A stretch of DNA of 64,000 nucleotides, taken from assembly GCA_030390025.1 (NCBI GenBank), contig CM059431.1, forward strand, positions 136,278,001 through 136,342,000, read 5' to 3'. Position numbers and translations under genes: made by a program. This document shows positions 24,201 through 35,029 of the stretch, piece after piece. The notes beneath the pieces are model-generated. The model saw only the letters and a program-made list of their open reading frames with translations, was not told where the DNA came from and did no database searches. Each line of letters starts with the position of its first letter. Within the stretch, counting starts at the first letter, position 1. The stretch comes from Squalus acanthias. Taxonomy: Eukaryota.

Positions 24201-26139
24201 ACCATGTGGAGGGGGTGGAAAGGGACCATGTGTGGGTGGAAAGGGACCATGTGCAGGGGGTGGAAGGGATCATGTGGAGGGTGGAAGGGACCATGTGGTG
24301 GGGGTGGAAGGGACTATGTTAAGGGGCTGGAAGGGTCCATGTGGAGTGGTGAAAGGAACAGTTGGTGAGGGGTGGATGGGACCATGTGAAGTGGTGGAAG
24401 AGGACCATTTGGTGGGGGTGGAAGGGACCATGTGGAGGGGGCGGAAGGGAGCATGTGGAGGGGTGCAAGTGAACATGTGGAGGGGTGGAAGAGACCAGTC
24501 TGGAGGGGGTGGCATGGGACCATGTGCAGTGGTGGAAGGGACCATTTGGAGGGGGTCGGAGAGGGACCATGTGGCGGGGGTGGAAGTGATCATGTTGAGG
24601 GAGTGGAAGGGACCATGTGGAGGGGTGGAAGATACAATGAGGAGGGAGTAGAAGAGACCATTTGGTGGGGGTGGAAGGGACCATGTAGATGGGTGGAAGG
24701 GACCATGTGGAGGGGGTGGAAGGGACCATGTGGAGCGGGTGGAAGGGAATATGTGGAGGGATGGAAGGGACCATGTGGAGGGCCTGGAAGGGGCCATGTG
24801 GAGAGGGTGGAAGAGTCCAACTGGAGGGAGGTGGAGGGGACCATGTGGATCGGGTGGAGGGGAAGATATGCAAGAGTTGGAAGGGGCCATGTTAAGGGGG
24901 TGGAAGGGATCATGTGGTGGAGGTGGAAGGATCCATGTGAAGTGGGTGGAAGGGACCATGTGGAGGGGGTGGAACGGAGCATGTGGAGGAATTGGAAGAG
25001 TCCATCCGGAGGGGGTGGAAGTATCCATGTGGAGGGGGTGGAAGGGGCCGTGTTGTGGGATGGAAGGGATCATGTGGAGGATGTGGAAGGGACCATGTGG
25101 AGGGGTTGGAAGGACCAAGTGGAGGGGATGGAAGTGTCCATGTAGAGGGGGTGGAAGGGATCATGGGGACGGGTGGACGGGACCATGTGTTGGGGGTGGA
25201 AGGAACCATGTGGAGAGGGTGGAAGGGACCATGTGAAGGGGGTGGAAGGGATCATGTGGATTGCGTGGAAGTGTCTATGTGGAGGGGGTGGAAGGGACCA
25301 TGTGGAGGGGGTGGAAGGGACCATGTGGAGGGGGTGGACGGGACCATGTGGAGGGGGTGGAAGGGATCATGTGGAGGGGATTTTAGGGACCATGTGGACG
25401 GGGTGGAAGTGGCCAGGTTGAGGGGATGGAAGTGACCATGTGTAGGGGGTGGAAGGGACCATGAAGAGGGGTGGAAGGGATCATGTGGATTGCGTGGAAG
25501 GGTCTATGTGGAGGGGGTGGAAGGGACCCTGTGGAGGGGGTAGAAGGGACCATGTGGAGGGGGTTGAAGGGATCATGTGGAGGAGGTGGAAGGGACCATG
25601 TGGAGATGTGGAAGGAACCATGTGGAGAGGTAGAAGATCCAAGTGGACGGGGTGGAAGGGACCATGTGGAGGTGGTGGAGGGTACCATGTGGATGGGTGG
25701 AAGGGACCATGTGCAGGGGGTAGAAGGGACCATGTGGAGGGAGCGGAAGGGACCATTTGAAGTGGTGGAAGGGACAATGTGGTGGGGGTGGAAGGGACCA
25801 TGTGGAGGGTGGAAGGGACCATGTGCAGGGGGTGGAAGGGACCATGTGGAGGGTGGAAGGGACCATGTGGTGGGGGTGGAAGGGACTATGTTAAGGGGCT
25901 GGAAGGGTCCATGTGGAGTGGTGGAAAGGACCAGTTGGTGGGGGTGGATGGGACCATGTGAAGTGGTGGAAGGGACCATTTGGTGGGGGTGGAAAGGACC
26001 ATGTGGAGGGGGTGGAAGTGTCCATGTGGTGGGGGTGGAAGGGATCATGGGGACGGGTGGACGGGACCATGTGTTGGGGGTGGAAGGAACCATGTGGAGG
26101 GGGTGGAAGGGACCATGTGGAGGGGTGGAAGGGATTATG
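12237..26139. repeat. Satellite A: G-rich 21-23-bp tandem array, consensus GGAAGGGACCATGTGGAGGGG(G)T, with 3.2-3.6-kb higher-order repeat
   Basis: Continuous tandem units for 13.9 kb. Rare variants recur, e.g. TCGAA at 12651, 16182, 19760 and 23100. Confidence 0.98.
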
Positions 26140-26639
26140 NNNNNNNNNNNNNNNNNNNNNNNNNNNNNNNNNNNNNNNNNNNNNNNNNNNNNNNNNNNNN
26201 NNNNNNNNNNNNNNNNNNNNNNNNNNNNNNNNNNNNNNNNNNNNNNNNNNNNNNNNNNNNNNNNNNNNNNNNNNNNNNNNNNNNNNNNNNNNNNNNNNNN
26301 NNNNNNNNNNNNNNNNNNNNNNNNNNNNNNNNNNNNNNNNNNNNNNNNNNNNNNNNNNNNNNNNNNNNNNNNNNNNNNNNNNNNNNNNNNNNNNNNNNNN
26401 NNNNNNNNNNNNNNNNNNNNNNNNNNNNNNNNNNNNNNNNNNNNNNNNNNNNNNNNNNNNNNNNNNNNNNNNNNNNNNNNNNNNNNNNNNNNNNNNNNNN
26501 NNNNNNNNNNNNNNNNNNNNNNNNNNNNNNNNNNNNNNNNNNNNNNNNNNNNNNNNNNNNNNNNNNNNNNNNNNNNNNNNNNNNNNNNNNNNNNNNNNNN
26601 NNNNNNNNNNNNNNNNNNNNNNNNNNNNNNNNNNNNNNN
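26140..26639. other. Assembly gap (500 N)
   Basis: Run of exactly 500 N. Confidence 1.
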
Positions 26640-28737
26640 GACTTTAAAAGGCAGCAAAAAATAACAAAAAGATTGATTAAGAAAGGGAAGATAGATTATG
26701 AAAGTAAATTAGCAAAAAATATAAAAACAGATAGTAAGAGTTTTTATAGTTATATAAAAAGAAAAAGGGTGGCTAAAGTAAATGTTGGTCCCTTAGAGGA
26801 TGAGACCGGGAAATTAATGGTGGGAAATATGGAGATGGCAAAAACACTGAATGAATATTTTGTATCAGTCTTTACAGTAGAAGACACTAAGAATATCCCA
26901 ACACTGGACAAACAGGGGGCTATAGGGGGAGAGGAGCTAAACACGATCAAAATCACTAAGGAAGTGGTACTCGGTAAAATAATGGGACTCAAGGCGGATA
27001 AATCACCTGGACCTGATGGCTTACATCCTAGAGTCTTGAAGGAAGTGGCGGTAGGGATTGTAGATGCATTGGTAATAATTTTTCAAAACTCCCTGGATTC
27101 CGCTAAGGTCCCGGCAGACTGGAAAACTGCTAATGTAACACCCTTATTTAAAAAGGGCAGTAGACAGAAGGCTGGTAACTATAGACCGGTTAGCCTAACA
27201 TCTGTGGTAGGTAAAATTTTGGAGTCCATTATTAAGGAAACAGTAACAGGACATTTGGATAATCATAATTTAATAGGACAAAGTCAGCATGGTTTTACGA
27301 AGGGGAAGTCATGTTTGACAAATTTGCTGGAGTTCTTTGAGGAAGTAACATATAGAGTGGATAAAGGGGAACCAGTGGACGTAGTGTATTTAGACTTCCA
27401 AAAGGCATTTGACAAGGTGCCACACAAAAGATTATTGCTTAAGGTAAAAAATCACGGGATTGGGGGTAATATTCTGGCATGGATAGAGGATTGGCTATCT
27501 AACAGAAAGCAAAGAGTTGGGATAAATGGTTCATTCTCAGACTGGCAATCAGTAACTAGTGGTGTTCCACAGGGGTCAGTGCTGTGTCCCCAACTCTTTA
27601 CAATCTATATTAACGATTTGGAGGAAGGGACCAAGTGTAACATATCAAAATTTGCAGATGATACTAAGATGGGAGGGAAAGTAGTGAGTGAGGAGGACAT
27701 AAAAAACCTGCAAGGGGACATAGACAGGCTAAGTAAGTGGGCAGAGATTTGGCAGATGGAATACAACACTGGAAAGTGTGAGGTGATGCACTTTGGCAGG
27801 AAAAATCCTAGAGCAATTTATTATCTTAATGGCAAGAAACTGGAGAGTACTGAAGTGCAAAGGGATCTGGGGGTCCTGGTGCACGAAACTCAAAAGGTTA
27901 GTATGCAGGTGCAGCAAGTGATTAAGAAGGCAAATGGAATGTTGGCTTTCATTGCTAGGGGGATAGAATATAAAAATAGGGAGGTATTGCTTCAGTTGTA
28001 CAAGGTATTGGTGAGACCGCACCTGGAATACTGCATACAGTTTTGGTGTCCTTACTTAAGGAATGACATCCTTGCTCTCGAGGCAGTGCAAAAAAGGTTC
28101 ACTCGGTTAATCCCGGGGATGAGGGGGTGGTCATATGAGGAGAGGTTGGGTAGATTGGGACTCTACTCATTGGAGTTCAGAAGAATGAGAGGCGATCTTA
28201 TTGAAACATATAAGATTGTGAAGGGGTTGGATCGGGTGGATGCGGGGAGGATGTTCCCGATGACGGGTGAGACGAGAACTAGGGGACATAGTCTTAGAAT
28301 AAGGGGCTGCTCTTTCAAAACTGAGATGAGGAGGAACTACTTCACTCAGAGGGTGGTAGGTCCATGGAATATGCTGCCACAAAAAGCTGTAGAAGCTACA
28401 ACATTAATTAAATTTAAAACAGAAATAGACAGTTTCCTAGAAGTAAAGGGCATTAAGGGTTACGGGGAGCGGGCAGGAATTTGGACATGAGTCTAGGTTC
28501 GGATCGGTCATGGCCCTGTGGGTAGTGGAGCGGGCCCAGGGACTGAGTAGCCTGATTCTGCTCCTATTTTGTGTGTGCAATTCTGTTAGATGCAGGAGAT
28601 GGTTCTGTGATAGATAGTAGATTGGCGGTTAGGATCAGATCAGCCATGATCTTATTGAATGGCGGAGCAGGCTCGAGGGGCCGATTGGCCTACTCCTGCT
28701 CCTATTTCTTATGTTCTTATGTTCTTATGTTCTTATG
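26640..28737 (+). mobile_element. Little-diverged CR1 LINE (subfamily B), 5' part lost in the gap
   Basis: Uninterrupted ORF2 frame 26640-28490 (KSPGPDG, NYRPVSLTS, YLDFQKAFDKV, GVPQGSVL, KFADDTK). Long 3'UTR and (TTCTTATG)n tail run into satellite B. Confidence 0.97.
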
Positions 28738-31700
28738 ATTCGGCTCCTGTAGTGGTCTGTGATGATTCTCCTGTAGTGGACTGTGATGATCCTACTCCTG
28801 TAGTGGTCTGTGATGATACTACTCCTTTTGTGGGCTGTGATGATTCTACTCCTGTAGTGGTTTGTGATGATTCTACTGCTGTAGTGGTCTGTGCTGATTC
28901 TACTCCTGTAGTGGTCTGTGATTATTCTACTCCTGTAGTGGTCTGTGCTGATTCTACTCCTGTAGTGGTCTGTGCTGATTCTACTCCTGTAGTGGTCTGT
29001 GATGATTCTACACCTGTAGTGGTCTGTGATGATTCTACTCCTGTAGTTGTATTTGATGATCCTATTCCTGTCGTGGTCTGTGATGATTCTACTCCTGTTG
29101 TGGTCTGTGTTGATCCAATGCCTGTAGTGATCTGTGATGATTCTACTCCTGTAGTGGTCTTTGATGTTTCTACTCCTGTAGTGGACTGTGATGATTCTAC
29201 TCCGGTAGTGGTCTGTGATGATTCTACTCCTGTAGTGTTCTGTGTTGATCCTATGCCTGTAGTGGTCTGTGATGATTCTACTACTGTAGTGGTCTGTGAT
29301 ATTTCTACTCCTGTAGTGGTCTGTGATGATTCTACTCCTGTAGTGGTCTGTGATGATCCTACTCCTGTAGTGGTCTCTGATGATTCTACTCCTGTAGTGG
29401 TCTGTGATGATTCTACTCCTGTAGAGGTCTGTGATGATTCTGCTCCTGTCGTATTCTGTGATGATCCTACTCCTGTAGTGGTCTGTGATGATTCTACTCC
29501 TGTAGTGGTCTGTGATGATTCTACTCCTGTAGTGGTCTGTGATGATTCTATTCCTGTAGTGGTCTGTGATGATTCTACTACTGTAGTGGTCTGTGATGAT
29601 TCTACACCTGTAGTGGTCTGTGATGATTCTACTACTGTAGTGGTCTGTGATTATTCTACTCCTGTTGTGGTCTGTGATAATTCTACTCCTGTAGTTGTCT
29701 GTGATGATCCTACTCCTGTAGTGGTCTGTGCTGATTCTACTCCTATAGTGCTCTAGGATAATCCTACTCCTGTAGTGGTCTGTGATGATTCTACTCCTGT
29801 TGTGGTCTGTGATGATCCTACTCCTGTAGTGGTCTGTGATGATTCTACTCCTGTAGTGGTCTGTGATTATTCTACTCCTGTTGTGGTCTGTGATGATCCT
29901 ACTCCTGTAGTGGTGTGTGATGATTCTACTCCTGTAGTGGGCTGTGATGATTCTACTGCTGTATTGGTCTGTGATGATTCTACTCCTGTAGTGGTCTGTG
30001 ATGATTCTACTCCTGTTGTGGTCTGTGTTGATCCTATGCCTGTAGTGATCTGTGATGATTCTACTCCTGTAGTGGTCTGTGATGTTTCTACTCCTGTAGT
30101 GGACTGTGATGATTCTACTCCGGTAGTGGTCTGTGATGATTCTACACCTGTAGTGGTCTGTGATGATCCTACTCCTGTAGTGGTCTCTGATGATTCTACT
30201 CCTGTAGTGGTCTGTGATGATTCTACTCCTGTAGTGGTCTGTGATGATTCTACTCCTGTAGTATTCTGTGATGATCCTACTCCTGTAGTGGTCTGTGATG
30301 ATTCTACTTCTGTAGTGGTCTGTGATGATTCTACTCCTGTAGTGGTCTGTGATGATTCTATTCCTGTAGTGGTCTGTGATGATTCTACTCTTGTAGTGGT
30401 CTGTGATGATTCTACACCTGTAGTGGTCTGTGATGATTCTACACCTGTAGTGGTCTGTGATGATCCACCTCCTGTAGTGGTCTCTGATGATTCTACTCCT
30501 GTAGTGGTCTGTGTTGATCCTATGCCTGTAGTGGTCTGTGATGATTCTACTCATGTAGTGGGCTGTGATGATTCTGCTGCTGTATTGGTCTGTGATGATT
30601 CTACTCCTGTAGTGGTTTGTGATGATTCTACTCCTGTAGTGGTCTGTGGTGATCCCACTTCTGTAGTGGTCTGTGATGATTCTACTCCTGTAGTGGACTG
30701 TGATGATTCTACACCTGTAGTGGTCTGTGATGATTCTACTCCTGTAGTTGTCTTTGATGATCCTATTCCTTTAGTGGTCTGTGATGATTCGACTCCTGTA
30801 GTGGTCTGTGTTGATCCTATGCCTGTAGTGGTCTGTGATGATTCTACTACTGTAGTGGTCTGTGATATTTCTACTCCTGTAGTGGTCTGTGATGATTCTA
30901 CTCCGGTAGTGGTCTGTGATGATTCTACTCCTGTAGTGGTCTGTGATGATCCTACTCCTGTAGTGGTCTCTGATGATTCTACTCCTGTAGTGGTATGTGA
31001 TGATTCTACTCCTGTAGAGGTCTGTGATGATTCTACTCCTGTAGTATTCTGTGATGATCCTACTCCAGTAGTGGTCTGTGATGATTCTACTCCTGTAGTG
31101 GTCTGTGATGATTCTACTCCTGTAGTGGTCTGTGATGATTCTATTCCTGTAGTGGTCTGTGATGATTCTACTACTGTAGTGGTCTGTGATGATTCTACAC
31201 CTGTAGTGGTCTGTGATGATCCTGCTACTGTAGTGGTCTGTGATGATCCTACTCCTGTAGTGGTCTGTGATGATTCTACTCCTGTAGTGGTCTGTGATGA
31301 TTCTACTCCTGTAGTGGTCTGTGATGATTCTGCACCTGTAGTGGTCTGTGATGATTCTACTCCTGTAGAGGTCTGTGATGATCCCACTCCTGTAGTTGTC
31401 TGTGATGACTTTACTCCTGTAATGGTCTGTGATGATCCTACTCCTGTAGTGGTCTGTGATGATTCTACTCCTGCAGTGATCTATAATGATTCTACTCCTG
31501 TAGTGGTCTGTGATGATTCTACTCCTGTAGTGGTCTGTGATGATCCTACTCCTGTAGTGGTCTGTGATGATTCTACTCCTGCAGTGGTCTGTGATGTTTC
31601 TACTCCTGTAGTGGTCTGTGATGATTCTCCTGTAGTGGTCTGCGATGATCCTACTCCTGTAGTGGTCTGTGATGATTCTACTCCTGTAGTGGTCTGTGAT

Positions 31701-33117
31701 GATTCTACTCCTCTACTGGTCTGTGATGTTTCTACTCCTGTAGTGGTCTGTGATGATCCTACTCCTGTAGTGGTCTGTGATGGTTCTACTCCTGTAGTGG
31801 TCTGTGATAATTCTACTCCTGTAGTTGTCTGTGATGATCCTACTCCTGTAGTGGTCTGTGCTGATTCTACTCCTATAGTGCTCTGGGATAATCCTACTCC
31901 TGTAGTGGTCTGTGATGATTCTACTCCTGTTGTGGTCTGTGATGATTCTACTCCTGTAGTGGTCTGTGATTATTCTACTCCTGTAGTGGTCTGTCATGAT
32001 TCTACTCCTGTAGTGGGCTGTGATGATTCTACTGCTGTATTGGTCTGTGATGATTCTACTCCTGTAGTGGTTTGTGATGATTCTACTCCTGTAGTGGTCT
32101 GTGGTGATCCCACTTCTGTAGTGGTCTGTGATGATCCTGCTCCTGTAGTGGTCTGTAATGTTTCTACACCTGTAGTGGTCTGTGATGATTCTGCTCCTGT
32201 AGTTGTCTTTGATGATCCTATTCCTGTAGTGGTCTGTGATGATTCTACTCCTGTTGTGGTCTGTGTTGATCCTATGCCTGTAGTGATCTGTGATGATTCT
32301 GCTCCTGTAGTGGTCTGTGATGTTTCTACTCCTATAGTGGACTGTGATGATTCTACACCTGTAGTGGTCTGTGATGATCCTACTGCTGTAGTGGTCTCTG
32401 ATGATTCTACTCCTGTAGTGGTCTGTGATGATTCTACTCCTGTAGTGGTCTGTGATGATTCTACTCCTGTAGTATTCTGTGATGATCCTACTCCTGTTTT
32501 GGTCTGTAATGATTCTATTCCTGTAGTGGTCTGTGATGATTCTACTCTTGTAGTGGTCTGTGATGATTCTACACCTGTAGTGGTCTGTGATGATTCTACT
32601 GCTGTAGTGGTCTGTGATGATCCTACTCCTGTAGTGGTCTGTGATGATTCTACTCCTGTAGTGATCTGTGATGATTCTACTCCTGTAGTGGTCTGTGATG
32701 ATTCTACACCTGTAGTGGTCTGTGATGATTCTACTCCTGTAGTGGTCTGTGATGATTCTACTCCTGTAGTGGTCTGTGATGATCCTACTCCTGTAGTGGT
32801 CTGTGATGATTCTACTCCTGTAGTGGTCTGTGATGAATCTACTCCTGTAGTGGTCTGTGATGATTCTCCTGTAGTGGTCTGTGATGATCCTACTCCTGTA
32901 GTGGTCTGTGATGATTCTACTCCTGTAGTGGGCTGTGATGATTCTACTCCTGTAGTGGTCTGTGATGATTCTACTCCTGTAGTGGTCTGTGATGATCCTA
33001 CTCCTGTAGTCGTCTGTGCTGATTCTACTCCTGTAGTGGTCTGGGATGATCCTATTCCTGTAGTGGTCTGTGATGGTTCTACTCCTGCAGTGGTCTGTGA
33101 TAATTCTGCTCCTGTAG
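28735..33117 (+). repeat. Satellite B block 1 (27-bp unit TCTACTCCTGTAGTGGTCTGTGATGAT)
   Basis: Tandem 27-mers with point variants and occasional 24-mers. Confidence 0.98.
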
Positions 33118-35029
33118 CAAAATAGCTTACGAAAGCAAGCTGGCGGAAAATATAAAAACTAACTCCAAAAGCTTTTATAAGTATATCAAGAGGAAAAGAC
33201 TGGTGAAAACCAAAGTTGGTCCATTGCAGTCAGAAACGGGGGAATATATAATGGGAAATAAGGAAATGGCAGACCAACTAAATGCATACTTTGGGTCAGT
33301 CTTTACGAAGGAAGACACAAAAAACCTCCCTGGGATATCGGGAAAAATAGGGACATTGGCAAAGGAGGAACTGACGCAAATCAATATCTCTAAGGATATG
33401 GTGTTAAGGAAGCTAAAGGGATTGAAGGCGGACAAATCCCCAGGGCCTGATAACATGCATCCTAGGGTACTGAAGGAGGTGGCCCTAGAGATAGCGGATG
33501 CACTAAGCATGATTTTTCAGAATTCATTAGACTCGGGAACAGTGCCCATGGATTGGAGGGTAGCTAACGTTACCCCACTATTCAAAAAGGGGGGTAGGGA
33601 AAAAGCAGGTAATTACAGACCTGTAAGCCTTACATCAGTTGTGGGCAAAATGCTGGAGTCCATCATTAAGGATGAAATAGCCGAGCACTTAGCAAATGGG
33701 GACAGGATAGGACAGAGTCAACATGGATTTACAAAGGGTAAATCGTGCTTGACTAATCTATTGGAATTTTTTGAGGGAGTAACTGGTAAAATAGATGGGG
33801 GAGAGCCAGTAGATGTGGTGTACCTGGACTTCCAAAAGGCCTTCGATAAGGTCCCACATAAAAGATTAGCAGGGAAAATTGAAGCTCATGGGATAAAGGG
33901 GAAAGTATTGACGTGGATAGAGAACTGGCTGTCAGATAGAAAACAGAGAGTTGGAATAAACGGCTCATTTTCTGAATGGCAGGCAGTAACAAGTGGGGTA
34001 CCACAGGGATCTGTCCTGGGTCCCCAGCTGTTCACAATTTATATTAATGACCTGGATCAGGGAGTCGAATGCAGCATTTCCAAATTTGCAGACGACACTA
34101 AACTAGGAGGGGGGGTGGGCTCAGAGGAGGAGACCAGGAAGCTCCAGAGCGATTTGGACAGACTGGGTGATTGGGCGGATAAATGGCAGATGCACTATAA
34201 TGTGGACAAGTGCGAAGTTATCCACCTTGGGTGCAGGAACGGGAGGGCAAATTATTATTTAAATGGCAATAAATTGGGAGAGGGGGAAGTACAGAGAGAC
34301 CTGGGTGTTCTTGTACACCAGTCACTGAAGGCGAGCATGCAGGTGCAACAGGCGGTCAAGAAGGCAAACGGTATGCTGGCCTTCATAGCAAAAGGGTTGG
34401 AATACAGGAACAGGGATACCTTGCTGCAGCTGTACAGGGCACTGGTGAGACCACACCTCGAGTACTGTGTACAGTTTTGGTCGCCTCATCTGAGGAAAGA
34501 TGTTCTTGCCATGGAGGGGGTGCAGCGGCGATTCACCAGGCTGATACCAGGAATGGCGGGATTGACCTATGAGGAGAGACTATGTAGTTTAGGGATGTAC
34601 ACACTGGAGTTTAGAAGATTGAGAGGGGACCTCATAGAAGTGTATAAAATTCTGACAGGTCTAGACAGATTAGATGCAGAAGGAATGTTTCCCTTGGCGG
34701 GTGAGAACAGAACTAGAGGACATAATTTAAGGATAAGGGCTAAACCATTTAGGACAGAAATGAGGGGGAATTTCTTCACTCAGAGAGTGGTGAACCTGTG
34801 GAACTCATTGCCACAGAGGGCAGTGTACGCCAGCTCATTAAATATATTTAAGAGGGAATTAGATATATTTCTACAGGCAAAAGGGGTTAAGGGTTACGGA
34901 GAGAAGGCGGGGACGGGATACTGAATTGAAGGATCAGCCATGATCTCATTAAATGGCGGAGCAGGCTCGAAGGGCCGGATGGCCTACTCCTGCTCCTATC
35001 TTCTATGTATCTATGTATCTATGTATCTA
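33118..35029 (+). mobile_element. Little-diverged 5'-truncated CR1 LINE (subfamily A) inserted in satellite B
   Basis: Open ORF2 frame 33119-34924 from KIAYESKL through the RT (KFADDTK) to GYGEKAGTGY*. (TATCTATG)n tail. Confidence 0.97.

Noticed and set aside
12120..26139. Pro/His-rich and Gly/Trp-rich ORFs in all six frames
   Set aside because: Translations of a stop-poor 22/23-bp satellite whose frame shifts with every monomer.
12237..26139. Resemblance to immunoglobulin switch regions or telomeric repeats
   Set aside because: GGGGT is present but AGCT hotspots are nearly absent, there are no Ig exons, and no TTAGGG tracts.
25383..28490. ORFs running through the N run, including the 836-aa satellite-RT fusion
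   Set aside because: Artefacts of translating across the assembly gap.
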